Shown piece by piece: positions 1 through 10,357 of a stretch of DNA of 64,000 nt (positions are counted from its first letter, which is position 1; every line of letters begins with the position of its first letter). The position numbers and the translations under genes were made by a program. The notes beneath the pieces were generated by a model. That model searched no databases. It was not told where the DNA came from and saw only the letters and a program-made list of their open reading frames with translations. The DNA is from Candidatus Latescibacterota bacterium (lineage in GTDB: Bacteria; Latescibacterota; UBA2968; UBA8231), in NCBI GenBank assembly GCA_965223905.1, contig CBDCXV010000002.1, forward strand, positions 448,001 through 512,000, read 5' to 3'.

Positions 1-2
1 AT

Positions 3-758
3 CGTGTCGTCGGAGTGGTCCAGACCGTGCCCGACGGATCCCGCCAATCGGTGGGGGCCGACATGTGGGTACCGCTCGATCCGTACCACCCCGGGATGGC
101 GCACAAATTCCTCGGCGGGCTGAACCTCCTGTTGCTGGCCCGCAGCCCGAGCGATTTCCTCGCAATCAGGAAGGAGTTCGGCGCGATGCTGGAAGCGATC
201 GACCTGTCGAGCCACCCCTGGGCATACTTCGTCAGCGCCTTTCCCGGGACGGACCTGGACGAAATCGCCATCCTGCGAGCGATGGTTTTCGGTTCTGGCC
301 AGTGGGTGAGCTCAGATATGGCAGCCATGCTCGAAGCTCTGCCGGGGTTGCGATCGAGATTGATCCTTTCAGCTCTCGGCGTCGTGCTGCTGTTCATGGC
401 AGTCACCTCTTTGAGTCTTGTCAATCTCAACGTGAGCCGCATCATGGAACGAGCGTCTGAAATAGGAGTGCGCAAGAGCTTCGGGGCTACTTCGATTCAA
501 CTGGTGCGGCAGTTCCTCATCGAAAACCTGGTCCTCACCATGTTGGGCGGCCTTGTCGGTTTCTGTATTTCATACGGCATTCTCGAATTCCGCATGGGCA
601 TGACAGCCGGCATCCCGGACGACTTCGGCATGAACTACCGTCTGTTCCTCGCCGGCCTTCTCTTCACCATGTTCTTCGGTCTGGTCTCGGGCATCTACCC
701 CGCCTGGAGAATGTCCCGGCTCCACCCGGTCGAAGCGGTGAGGGGAGGTAGAAGATGA
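3..758 (+). CDS. ABC transporter permease, FtsX/MacB family (5'-truncated by window edge)
   Basis: Frame open from base 3; C-terminal FtsX motif ERASEIGVRKSFGA, TM helices, ends YPAWRMSRLHPVEAVR. Confidence 0.9.
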   Translation, partial: RVVGVVQTVPDGSRQSVGADMWVPLDPYHPGMAHKFLGGLNLLLLARSPSDFLAIRKEFGAMLEAIDLSSHPWAYFVSAFPGTDLDEIAILRAMVFGSGQWVSSDMAAMLEALPGLRSRLILSALGVVLLFMAVTSLSLVNLNVSRIMERASEIGVRKSFGATSIQLVRQFLIENLVLTMLGGLVGFCISYGILEFRMGMTAGIPDDFGMNYRLFLAGLLFTMFFGLVSGIYPAWRMSRLHPVEAVRGGRR

Positions 759-1957
759 TCCGCCATTTCCTGAGGCTGACCTGGAACCGGAAACGGGGTC
801 AGTTCCTGCTGGGCCTGGAGCTGCTGGTATGCTTTCTGTTGATCGCCGCGGTGACCACCTATGCGTTTCGCGATTACCTGAATTTCCGGCGTCCCCTGGG
901 TTACGAGGTAGAGGATGTATGGACCGTCAGATTCGGGACACCGAGTTCCCATACGGGAGAATGGACCGCGGCGGATTCCATCGCCATGCAGCAGGCAATC
1001 CTCATATTGAGGAGCATGCCGGAGGTCGTCGCTGTCGCCGAAAACCCCACCCCGCCGATGTCGGGGGCCGTTTCTACGTCGACTCTCGAACTGCCCGGAC
1101 AGGGATCTCGACAATGCTACTACACCGAGTCCGGCATGGACCTGGCGAAGGTGTTGCGCCTCGATATCGCGCGCGGCAGATGGTTCGACGGCACCGACCT
1201 GGCGGCGGCAAAACCGGGGTTCGTGATCAACGAGGGTCTGGCGCGAGCCATGCACGGAAGCGCCGACCCGGTCGGCAAACCGTTCACCACGGACGGGAGC
1301 GACAATCTCGGCCCCATCATCGGAGTCGTTTCCGACTATCGCCAATTGGGCAGGTTCGAGGACCCGCACTGGTCGAGATTGCGCCTGGTGCGGCACGACC
1401 GGCCGCTCGCCGAAGGCCTGCCGACAAGCTTCATGGTCCGCCTGCAGCCGGGAACGCCGCGTCAGTTCGAGCGCGTGTTGCGGCAGAAGCTGAATGCCGC
1501 GGCGCCGGGATGGCACCTGGATCTCCGTTCCCTGAAGGATGTTCACGCCGGCCCGGTTCAGGAAATTTTTAGATCAATACGTGTGTGGTTCGCCGGTCTG
1601 GCCGCGGCAATCGTCTGCCTCGTAGCTCTTAGCCTTGTCGGAATCATGTGCCAGACCATCGCCGAGCGGACCCGGGAAATAGGTGTGCGGCGGGCAGCAG
1701 GCGCGAATGCCATGGGGGTGTACGCCCAGTTCATCGGGGAGGGGCTCATGCTGACTACGGTTGCCATGGGGTTCGGGGGCTTCCTTCTGGGCCAGGTTGC
1801 GATCCTTGGATTCTTCCCCGAGCTTCCGCCCGCTGCCTGGTTGGCAGGTGCGGCCTCCGCAGCTGTTCTGATGTATCTGATCATCGTCCTGGCCACAGCC
1901 TATCCGGCCTGGCTCGCGACCCGGGTGCACCCGGTCCAGGCGCTTCACTGGGAATGA
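755..1957 (+). CDS. ABC transporter permease, FtsX/MacB family
   Basis: MacB-like periplasmic region (GRWF, VINEGLA), ERTREIGVRRAAGA, PAWLATRVHPVQALHWE; ATGA overlap with upstream gene. Confidence 0.92.
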   Translation: MIRHFLRLTWNRKRGQFLLGLELLVCFLLIAAVTTYAFRDYLNFRRPLGYEVEDVWTVRFGTPSSHTGEWTAADSIAMQQAILILRSMPEVVAVAENPTPPMSGAVSTSTLELPGQGSRQCYYTESGMDLAKVLRLDIARGRWFDGTDLAAAKPGFVINEGLARAMHGSADPVGKPFTTDGSDNLGPIIGVVSDYRQLGRFEDPHWSRLRLVRHDRPLAEGLPTSFMVRLQPGTPRQFERVLRQKLNAAAPGWHLDLRSLKDVHAGPVQEIFRSIRVWFAGLAAAIVCLVALSLVGIMCQTIAERTREIGVRRAAGANAMGVYAQFIGEGLMLTTVAMGFGGFLLGQVAILGFFPELPPAAWLAGAASAAVLMYLIIVLATAYPAWLATRVHPVQALHWE

Positions 1958-1991
1958 CCCGCGCAAAACCGGGCGCGCTCAACGGCCTCCC

Positions 1992-3362
1992 GTGATCCTC
2001 ATCGTCGACGACGATCCCGCCATCGCCGCCTCGCTCGAACTGCTGCTCAAGCAGGCGGGATACCCGGCGCGCAGCGTCGCCACTCCCGGGCAGGCGCTGC
2101 GCCTCCTCGCCGCCGGGAAATGCCGGCTCCTCCTGCAGGACATGAACTTTTCCTCCGAGACCACGGGGGAGGAAGGCCTGGACCTCCTCCGCGCCGTCAA
2201 GAACCGCTACCCGCGGCTGCCCGTCATCCTCATCACCGCCTGGGGCTCGATCGAGCTGGCGGTGCAGGGGATGCGCCTGGGGGCCTTCGATTTCCTGACC
2301 AAGCCGTGGTCGAACGAGCGCATGATCCAGGCGGTTCGGACGGCGCTCGGGGTCGCCGGGGCACGGCCCCGGGAGGACGCCTCCGTCAGCCGGGAACAAC
2401 TGGATCGACAGTACGACTTCAGCAACATCATCGGCAGCGACCCGCAGCTTATGAAGGTCCTCGACATTGCCGGCAGGGTCGCTCCCACCGACGCCTCGGT
2501 GTTGCTCACCGGCGAAAGCGGCACCGGAAAGGACGAGGTCGCGGTTGCCGTCGTGCGCAACAGCGCCCGCCGCGACCGTCCCTTCGTCAAGGTCAACCTT
2601 GGGGGAATCTCCACCTCCCTGTTCGAGAGCGAGATGTTCGGACACGTGAAGGGGGCCTTCACCGATGCCCGCGCCGATCGCCGGGGGCGGTTCTCGATGG
2701 CCGACCAAGGCACCATCTTCCTCGACGAGATCGGCGACCTGGAGCCGGCCAGCCAGGTGAAGCTGTTGCGTGTCCTGCAGGAACGCACCTTCGAAGTGCT
2801 CGGCTCCAGCGAGATCCAATCGGTGGACGTCAGGGTCATTGCCGCTACCAACAGGGACCTCCCCGGCATGGTAGCCGCGGGGGATTTTCGCGAGGACCTG
2901 TTCTACCGGCTCAACCTCATTTCGCTGCATCTCCCTCCCCTGCGCCAGCGAAGGGGGGACATACCGGACCTGGCACGGCACCTGCTCCGCGTCGCCGCCC
3001 ACACCCACGGCCGCGATGAGCTGGAGCTCAATGACCCCGCCCTCGACTGGTTGAGCGCAAGGGAATGGCCGGGAAACGTGCGCGAGCTCAAACAGCTGAT
3101 CGAGCGAACCGTGCTCATCACCCGGGGTGATCGACTCGACCCGTCCCACCTCGCCGCCGCGGCCGCCATGGAACCGGAAGCCTCGCCGCGGCAAGGCGAG
3201 TTCCCCGAAGCCGGCTCGATGACCCTGGACGAGGTCGAGCGCGCCGTCATTCAGCGGTGCCTCGAACGCTACGGCAACAACCTGACCAGTGTCGCCGCGG
3301 CGTTGGGTCTGAGCCGCGGCTCTCTGTACCGGCGGCTGGAGAAACACGGGATTCGCCCTTGA
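1992..3362 (+). CDS. Sigma-54-type response regulator (NtrC family: REC-AAA+-Fis HTH)
   Basis: ILIVDDD receiver, GESGTGK Walker A, GAFTDA loop, IFLDEIG Walker B, FREDLFYRL, WPGNVREL, C-terminal HTH. Confidence 0.95.
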   Translation: MILIVDDDPAIAASLELLLKQAGYPARSVATPGQALRLLAAGKCRLLLQDMNFSSETTGEEGLDLLRAVKNRYPRLPVILITAWGSIELAVQGMRLGAFDFLTKPWSNERMIQAVRTALGVAGARPREDASVSREQLDRQYDFSNIIGSDPQLMKVLDIAGRVAPTDASVLLTGESGTGKDEVAVAVVRNSARRDRPFVKVNLGGISTSLFESEMFGHVKGAFTDARADRRGRFSMADQGTIFLDEIGDLEPASQVKLLRVLQERTFEVLGSSEIQSVDVRVIAATNRDLPGMVAAGDFREDLFYRLNLISLHLPPLRQRRGDIPDLARHLLRVAAHTHGRDELELNDPALDWLSAREWPGNVRELKQLIERTVLITRGDRLDPSHLAAAAAMEPEASPRQGEFPEAGSMTLDEVERAVIQRCLERYGNNLTSVAAALGLSRGSLYRRLEKHGIRP

Positions 3363-4660
3363 AGCTCAAGACCAAGCTCCTGGTCTTTCTGGCCGTCCTT
3401 CACCTCGCCATTGCAGTCCTGCTTTTCCTTCTGTACCCGGGCAATGCAGTACTGTTCATCGCCGCCGAAATGATCCTCCTGGGCTCGTTTCTCATCGGGT
3501 GGCGCTGGGTGAACCGGATTTCGGAACCGCTCTATCTGAGCGACATGGGAGCCGAGCTGATCGGCGAGGGGGATTTCACCACCAAGTTCGTCGAGGTGGG
3601 GCAGCGGGAGGTGGACAAACTCGTGCGCATCTACAACCACATGATCGACCGCTTCCGGGACGAACGGGTTCGGCTGGAGGAACAGAATCTCTTCCTCCAT
3701 CAGGTGGTCGATCGATCGCCGTCGGGCATTGCAATCTTCGGCGTCGACGGGAACATCGACCGCATCAATCCGGCGGCAGAGCGGATGTTGGGGGTCGGCC
3801 GGGACGATGCCGCGGGAAAGTGCCTGGCGGATGTGGGGGGTTCTCTCGCCGAGGCCATGGAGCAGCTTCCCATGAATGGCGCCCGGATCGTCACCCCGCA
3901 AGCCGGGACAAAGTTGAGAATCCGGAAATCGAAGTTTGTCGACCGGGGTGTGCCGCGAACCTTCGTCATGATGGAGGAGCTTACCGACGAGATCCGCCGT
4001 TCGGAACGGGATGCCTACGAAAAGTTGATTCGCATGATCTCCCACGAGGCCAACAATTCTCTCGCCGCCATCAGATCCCTGCTCGAGAGCGCCCGGAACT
4101 ACAGCCCCCAGATCGGCGAGAGGGATCGCCCCGACTTTTCCACCGCCCTCGATATCTCCATCGAGCGTTCGGAGCATCTCGAAAGCTTCATGAAACGGTA
4201 CGCGGAAGTCGTGAGAATTCCCGCCCCGGAAAAGCGGCCGGCAGATCTGGTCGATCTGTTGCGCCAGGTGGAGCGCTTCCTGCATGCCGAATGCAAACGG
4301 AGAAGCATCGATTGGAAATGGGACCTCGGCGCGGACTCGTGCCTTGTCGATCTGGACCGGGACCAGATGGAGCACGTCCTGCTCAACATCCTCAAGAACG
4401 CCGTGGAAGCGATCGGCGAGTGCGGAACCATTGCGATACGGCTCAATATGAATGGGCGGATCGAGCTGGCCATCGAAGATACCGGCTCCGGCATCGACCC
4501 GGGGGTGCGGGAAAAGCTGTTTACGCCCTTCTTCAGCAGCAAGGAAGGCGGACAGGGTGTGGGGCTTACCCTCGCGGCCGAAATCCTGCGAAACCACGGA
4601 TTTCGCTACACCCTGGAAAGCGAACCGGGAAAACCCACGCGATTTCTCATCTGGTTCTGA
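3359..4660 (+). CDS. PAS-containing sensor histidine kinase
   Basis: TTG start overlapping regulator stop; two N-terminal TM helices, SHEANNSL H-box, NILKNAVEA, DTGSGI, GQGVGL boxes. Confidence 0.92.
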   Translation: MKLKTKLLVFLAVLHLAIAVLLFLLYPGNAVLFIAAEMILLGSFLIGWRWVNRISEPLYLSDMGAELIGEGDFTTKFVEVGQREVDKLVRIYNHMIDRFRDERVRLEEQNLFLHQVVDRSPSGIAIFGVDGNIDRINPAAERMLGVGRDDAAGKCLADVGGSLAEAMEQLPMNGARIVTPQAGTKLRIRKSKFVDRGVPRTFVMMEELTDEIRRSERDAYEKLIRMISHEANNSLAAIRSLLESARNYSPQIGERDRPDFSTALDISIERSEHLESFMKRYAEVVRIPAPEKRPADLVDLLRQVERFLHAECKRRSIDWKWDLGADSCLVDLDRDQMEHVLLNILKNAVEAIGECGTIAIRLNMNGRIELAIEDTGSGIDPGVREKLFTPFFSSKEGGQGVGLTLAAEILRNHGFRYTLESEPGKPTRFLIWF

Positions 4661-4892
4661 GCAGATCGGGAAGGATCTAAGCTCGCCCGGGCTTGCCATT
4701 TCCATAGCGAACCTGCTATGGCTCGTTCCTTCTCTACTACAACACTTGCATCGTTATAGAGAATTGGGGCTGCTGACCCCGGAAGCGGAACATCACTGTC
4801 GCGCCGGGGAACTCCAGTCAGCGCGTTAACGCTTCCTCGATGACCGACAAACCGTCGGGTCGGTTTTGTTGTGGCGTTTATACCAGTGCCTG

Positions 4893-5648
4893 CTACTCGG
4901 AAGGAAAGGGCAGGGCAGCGGGTGCGGAACTCGTGAAGACCGAGCCCGGCAGTTCGTCGGAGACAGCCACATCGGTGTGCCGGCGCTCGCCGCGGCCGTC
5001 GGAAAGCAGAATGGATCCATGCCGCTGCCAGTCGGTCCAGGGGCCGGTAAAGCGCGGTTCGGCGTCGGCCGCCTCGCTATAGAACGCCCACTGGGTCACC
5101 AGCCGCGATTCTTGTTCGATCCAGACCGCGTATTTGTTCTGCGGGGTGACCCCGACATCTTTGAAGGTGAGCTCCAGAACTTCAGCTGGCCGGCCGTCCT
5201 CGGTTGCTTCCAGTCCCCGGTAGCGCAGGGTAACGCCGGTGTCCTTGAGCTTGTAGGGCATGACCAGCCAGTACGAGTCGTTGATCCAGGCGCGGTAGCC
5301 GTGCTCGAGCTTGGCCGCCAGCGTGTCGGGATCGTCGATTTCCACACCCGCGGCGAAGGCGCGGCCCTCCTTGCTGTGGATGTTCATCAGCACCGTCAGA
5401 TCGCCTTGCTCGAAACGGATGTCCCCGGTCCACTTGTCCCACACGTGCAAGCGGAAACCGAAGAAGCGCCAAGTGATGTAGCGGGTGGCATCCCAGTTGG
5501 CGCGGCCGCCCAGGGCGGCCATGACTTCGTCGGCCAGGGCGATGGCCTCCGGGTCGGAAACGGCGGCATTGAAGCCGGGGGCTGGAGGATTGTCGGCGGC
5601 GTGGGCCAGGTTGGTGCAAAAGATGAAGACCATGAGTAGGCGCAACAT
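4893..5648 (-). CDS. Conserved secreted hypothetical protein, copy 1
   Basis: 251 aa, signal peptide ending LAHA, RBS GGA; near-identical paralog at 9474-10229. Confidence 0.85.
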   Translation of the reverse strand: MLRLLMVFIFCTNLAHAADNPPAPGFNAAVSDPEAIALADEVMAALGGRANWDATRYITWRFFGFRLHVWDKWTGDIRFEQGDLTVLMNIHSKEGRAFAAGVEIDDPDTLAAKLEHGYRAWINDSYWLVMPYKLKDTGVTLRYRGLEATEDGRPAEVLELTFKDVGVTPQNKYAVWIEQESRLVTQWAFYSEAADAEPRFTGPWTDWQRHGSILLSDGRGERRHTDVAVSDELPGSVFTSSAPAALPFPSE

Positions 5649-5762
5649 GAGGATCCTTTCGGCTGTGGTGGCCGGAGCTTACTAAAAGAGTCTGCGCTGA
5701 ATGCTTGCAGACAGCTTCTTACGAATGATCAGGTCGAACCTCGGGTAGCAAATTCTCAAACT

Positions 5763-6310
5763 CGGCCCCATCTCCTGCGCTACCACGGTGTCCTGGCGCC
5801 CCGGGACCGGGACCGCGACCGCATGGTGACGGCATCGCCACTTGTGGAGCTGCCGGCTTGAAACGCGATTCGAGCGCTTCGTCCTGCGGTCATCGGCTGG
5901 GGTGGGCGGCCCTGCTCTCCCGGGTGTTGCCGCCGAGATCACCCAATTCGCCGCCTGTGGCGGTGGCCTGAGAATCATCGCCGCCGTTACCGATCCGGCC
6001 TCGATCCGAGGCTATCTGGAGGGGGTAGGGCTGCCGACCCGGCCCCCAGCGTTGGCTCCGCCTCAGCCGCGGTTCGGGTTTGCCGTTTGACCTCCCTTCT
6101 GGATCACTTCCGGTGACGGCCGTATGGCCGGGTGCGTCCTGAATGGCCTCCTCAGGTAGCGGATTGATCCTGATCCGGGCGGACAGGAAACAAAACGGCA
6201 CTGCGAGCCCTTTCAAAGGACATGCAAACGACCACCAGGGAGCTTACCCTGCCCCTGGGTGTTCAGTGCCTTGACAGCGGGCCAAAATAGATGCCTCATT
6301 TTTCCTATCC
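5763..6310 (+). mobile_element. IS91/ISCR-family remnant: transposase 3' fragment plus oriIS-like end, copy 1
   Basis: Encodes PHLLRYHGVLAP (Y2 transposase motif) and CGGGLRIIAAVTDPASIRGYLEGVGLPTRPP (typical C-terminus); ends about 220 bp after the stop in TTTCCTATCC, like ISCR oriIS TTCCTATA. Confidence 0.8.
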
Positions 6311-6314
6311 TTAA

Positions 6315-6749
6315 GGTAAAATTATCGTCAATGACCGCATTGCCGACAGCATGTTGCAGCAGATTCTGACGCGAACTGATGAATACGATGTGATTATCAC
6401 CCCGAATTTGAACGGGGATTATCTCTCGGATGCCGAAGCAGCACAGGTCGGCGGTATCGGTATGGCACCCGGCGGTAACCTCAGCGATGAAGTCGCACTT
6501 TTTGAGGCGACGCATGGCACCGCACCGAAGTACACCGATCAGGATGTCGTCAATCCGGGTTCGCTTATCCTCTCTGCGGTGATGATGCTGGAGCACATCG
6601 GCTGGGAAGAAGCCGCCGACCTGATTATTTCGGGACTTGAGAAGACCATCCTCCAGAAACGGGTGACCTATGATCTGGAACGTCTCATGGAAGGCGCGAC
6701 GAAAGTCCGCACCTCCGAGTTCGGCGCATCGATTATCGAGAACTTTTAG
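6315..6749 (+). pseudogene. icd: Isocitrate dehydrogenase 3' fragment
   Basis: [41 protein letters not shown] motifs; N-terminal two-thirds missing, begins at the oriIS-like end. Confidence 0.9.
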
Positions 6750-6788
6750 CGAAAACCTCTTCCACCCCACATAGCAAAGGAACGGCAT

Positions 6789-6926
6789 ATGTCCTTAAAA
6801 ACGAAGCTTATTCTGGGAGCAGGTGTGTTGGCTGCCATCGGCATCGGCATCGGTCTTGAATTACATCGTCTTCACAGACGAATTCTCGAAGAGTTAGTCG
6901 CAATTCGCCAGCAAGGCGAGCGGTAA
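6789..6926 (+). CDS. Small membrane-anchored protein (45 aa)
   Basis: MSLKTKLILGAGVLAAIGIGIGLELH..., RBS AAAGGA upstream. Confidence 0.5.
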   Translation: MSLKTKLILGAGVLAAIGIGIGLELHRLHRRILEELVAIRQQGER

Positions 6927-7076
6927 TTGATACCGTTTCCAACTGCCCCGTGTTTCCCTCCCTGAACTGGTAGGTGCGGTTTGTAACCGCATTGATTAGC
7001 CCTGTAAGGGCGATATCTGTGTAGTTCTAACGAAAGAAATATTCCTCTTTCTGTGCCAGAGAACGAGGTAAACATC

Positions 7077-7812
7077 ATGATTACCGAACTCAGCGCGCAA
7101 AATTTCAAATCGTGGAAAAACACGGGTAAATTGCAGATCGCACCCTTAACCGGATTCTTCGGCGCGAACAGTTCCGGCAAAACCAGTATCCTGCAAACAC
7201 TACTCATGCTAAAGCAGACCGTGGAGCGTCCACTAGATTGGAAAGAGGTAATTGATTTCGGTGACGATGATTCCCTCGTTAACTTGGGGGATTTTGACGA
7301 CCTAATCCACGGACACAGACGTAACCATCCACTCAGGATCTCAATATTGTGGAAATTTTCCGAAAAATTAAGCCTACCGGATGTAGACGAAGTGGATACC
7401 CTCTCGTTTGAGCTCGCTATCAATAATGTGGAGAATTCAACTTCTGAGCCGAGTTTCAGTTATAAAGTGGGTGAGCAACACTTTGGGATAAGTTGGAATA
7501 ATCAGGGGAACTGTCGGGTTTACGCTTTTGGTAGGTCGACTACTCCTATGACTCTATTTCGATGCTATGGGATTCGCAGTGCTTATCCTGATATAATGCA
7601 ACTTTTCTCATCACTCCAAACTTGTTTTGAAAATTTATTCCGCAGCATCCGCTACCTCGGCCCGCTCCGTGAATATCCTCGTCGACATTACGCATGGCAG
7701 GGCAAGCATTCACCAGGTGTTGGGCAGCACGGAGAAGATATGGTCACCGCCCTTTTTTCCGGGCGAATTCAACTCCGTTCTCTTGACGAGCAGATCCCCA
7801 AATGGCTGCAGC
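7077..7812 (+). pseudogene. AAA/ABC-type ATPase (AAA_21-like), 3'-truncated by IS91 remnant
   Basis: NFKSW...FGANSSGKTSILQ Walker A, YLGPLREYPRR; sequence switches to the repeat at 7813 before the Walker B region. Confidence 0.85.
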
Positions 7813-8252
7813 TTCGAGCGCTTCGTCCTGCGGTCATCGGCTGGGGTGGGCGGCCCTGCTCTCCCGGGTGTTGCCGCCGAGATCACCCAATTCGCCGCCT
7901 GTGGCGGTGGCCTGAGAATCATCGCCGCCGTTACCGATCCGGCCTCGATCCGAGGCTATCTGGAGGGGGTAGGGCTGCCGACCCGGCCCCCAGCGTTGGC
8001 TCCGCCTCAGCCGCGGTTCGGGTTTGCCGTTTGACCTCCCTTCTGGATCACTTCCGGTGACGGCCGTATGGCCGGGTGCGTCCTGAATGGCCTCCTCAGG
8101 TAGCGGATTGATCCTGATCCGGGCGGACAGGAAACAAAACGGCACTGCGAGCCCTTTCAAAGGACATGCAAACGACCACCAGGGAGCTTGCCCTGCCCCT
8201 GGGTGTTCAGTGCCTTGACAGCGGGCCAAAATAGATGCCTCCCTTTTCCTAT
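7813..8252 (+). mobile_element. IS91/ISCR remnant copy 2 (440-bp direct repeat of 5869-6308)
   Basis: Nearly identical to 5869-6308 (about 3 differences seen), ends TTTCCTAT. Confidence 0.85.
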
Positions 8253-8614
8253 ATGTTTATGGTATGTGAACGTGTTCGTCAGCGATTTCGGACGCGCGCT
8301 CGAGTTCTACGAGGGCCTGCTCGGCTGCACCACCCAACGAAGGATACCTAGTTCGGCTACGCTTCCTTCGCGACGGCCGAAGTCGGGTTCGCCATCCTCG
8401 GACCGACGATGCGAAACTCGTCGGCCGGCACACGGGCGTTGGTTTCGGCGTAAAGGACCTCATCGCCGCCCACCGGGACCTCGCGGCAAAAAGCGTCGAC
8501 TTTTGGATGCCGCCGGAGAAACAGCCGTGGGGCGGTTTCATGGCCATGTTTCGCGATCCGGATGGCAACAGCTTTTATCTCGACCAGTTGGATGACCGGC
8601 ATGCCGATCATTGA
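8253..8614 (+). pseudogene. VOC/glyoxalase family gene, frameshifted and start-less
   Basis: YVNVFVSDFGRALEFYEGLLG in one frame; GVGFGVKDL...PPEKQPWGGFMAMFRDPDGN in another. Confidence 0.75.
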
Positions 8615-8975
8615 TGTCGAACTCGTCACAATCGCGGATGAGCCCAACGCGGCAAGTAAGGAGCAGTTGCAAATTCTCGCCGATGAACTGGGAGACTTAT
8701 TCGACAGCGGGCCCGCGGGCACCTGGATCAGATTACGGTCCATCGACCAGGCCGAATACGCTGAGAATCGAACGCCCCCCGGGACGAGCGTGCGTCCGAC
8801 TTTCGTCAACGTCTTGCACGCCGTATTGCCCGAGGCGGGCGCGCTTCGCACGGAAATGGCCGGGATCGCGGAAATCGTCGCCCGAACGCTGGGGCGACCG
8901 CGGGACAACGTGCATGTGCTCTATGCTCCCGGAGCAAAAGGGCGGATCGGTTTCGGTGGAGAACTGCTGGAGTAG
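8601..8975 (+). CDS. Tautomerase-superfamily-like protein
   Basis: Starts M-P-I-I-D-V (Pro1), about 124 aa, ends LGRPRDNVHVLY...IGFGGEL. Confidence 0.6.
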   Translation: MPIIDVELVTIADEPNAASKEQLQILADELGDLFDSGPAGTWIRLRSIDQAEYAENRTPPGTSVRPTFVNVLHAVLPEAGALRTEMAGIAEIVARTLGRPRDNVHVLYAPGAKGRIGFGGELLE

Positions 8976-9420
8976 TGGGTGTACCGCATCGACCGCGCCG
9001 TGGACCGGCACTGCTGTAACGTCATCCGTCGACCGAACGCTTACTTTCGGTTGCGACTCTTTCCTGCACCCTCCAGCAAGCTGATCATCCAACCGAATCT
9101 GTGGTCCCGTTTCTCAGAAGTAGCTGACTCTGTTGAATGGGCTCGCCCACCTCTCCCGGTTCTACAGGCTTCTCGTGAAGCATATTCCTGTACCGACGAA
9201 CCGGGGGGATCACGAACTTGGGTGGCGTTCGCATGAACGAGGACGAGGAATGCGGATCGAGGCAAGGGTTGCGAAGGCGTTGGCGGTCATATGCGTGCGG
9301 AACATCTTGCCTGAGGACATCCACGCTGGGACGGTGCCCGTCATCGGACCAGGGACTTATGGGATGCCACGGTCGTCGACGGGGACGGGCGGCGTGAACT
9401 GAACGCTCCCCATGCAAACG

Positions 9421-9449
9421 CCGACCCAGCCGTTGGGTCGGCGTTTTTG
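9421..9449. terminator. Hairpin, possible intrinsic terminator
   Basis: CCGACCCA-GCCGT-TGGGTCGG followed by CGTTTTTGT; degenerate copy near 4844-4868. Confidence 0.45.
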
Positions 9450-9473
9450 TGGCGTTGATTTTAGCAGTGCCTG

Positions 9474-10229
9474 CTACTCGGAAGGCAAGGGCAATGCAGC
9501 GGGTGCGGAACTCGCGAAGACCGAGCGCGGCAGTTCGTCGGAGACAGCCACATCGGTGTGCCGGCGCTCGCCGCGGCCGTCGGAAAGCAGAATGGATCCA
9601 TGCCGCTGCCAGTCGGTCCAGGGGCCGGTAAAGCGCGGTTCGGTGTCGGCCGCTTCGCTGTAGAACGCCCATTGGGTAACCAGCCGCGATTCTTGTTCGA
9701 TCCAGACCGCGTATTTGTTCTGCGGGGTGACCCCGACATCTTTGAAGGTGAGCTCCAGAACTTCAGCTGGCCGGCCGTCCTGGGTGGCTTCCAGTCCGCG
9801 GTAGCGCAGGGTGACGCCGGTGTCCTTGAGCTTGTAGGGCATGACCAGCCAGTACGAGTCGTTGATCCAGGCGCGGTAGCCGTGGTCGAGCTTGGCCGCC
9901 AGCGTGTCGGGATCGCTGACTTCCACCCCGGCGGCGAAGGCGCGGCCCTCCTTGCTGTGGATGTTCATCAGCACCGTCAGATCCCCTTGCTCGAAGCGGA
10001 TGTCCCCGGTCCACTTGTCCCACACGTGCAGGCGGAAACCGAAAAAGCGCCAGGTGATGTAGCGGGTGGCATCCCAGTCGGCGCGGCCGCCCAGCGCGGC
10101 CATGACTTCGTCGGCCAGGGCGATGGCCTCGGGGTCGGAACCGGCGGCGTCGAAGCCGGGGGCTGGAGGATTGTCGGCGGCGTGGGCCAGGTTGGTGCAA
10201 AAGATGAAGACCATGAGTAGGCGCAACAT
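9474..10229 (-). CDS. Conserved secreted hypothetical protein, copy 2
   Basis: 251 aa; 11 aa differences from 4893-5648 by manual comparison. Confidence 0.85.
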   Translation of the reverse strand: MLRLLMVFIFCTNLAHAADNPPAPGFDAAGSDPEAIALADEVMAALGGRADWDATRYITWRFFGFRLHVWDKWTGDIRFEQGDLTVLMNIHSKEGRAFAAGVEVSDPDTLAAKLDHGYRAWINDSYWLVMPYKLKDTGVTLRYRGLEATQDGRPAEVLELTFKDVGVTPQNKYAVWIEQESRLVTQWAFYSEAADTEPRFTGPWTDWQRHGSILLSDGRGERRHTDVAVSDELPRSVFASSAPAALPLPSE

Positions 10230-10357
10230 GAGGACCCTTTCGATGCGATGGCCGGAGGTGAAGTTAGCGCTTCAGGAAAGACGACTTGGAACTACAGTAA
10301 TCCGTGAAATCCCGGAACCTGTTGTTGGAGGAGCGATCCTATGAAAAAGGTGCAGGG

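Noticed and set aside
6315-6749. icd 3' end as prophage attachment site (as for e14)
   Set aside because: No integrase or phage genes; fragment begins at the oriIS-like end instead
7053-8060. Full-length 335-aa ATPase
   Set aside because: The C-terminal part is read-through into the IS91 repeat; treated as truncated
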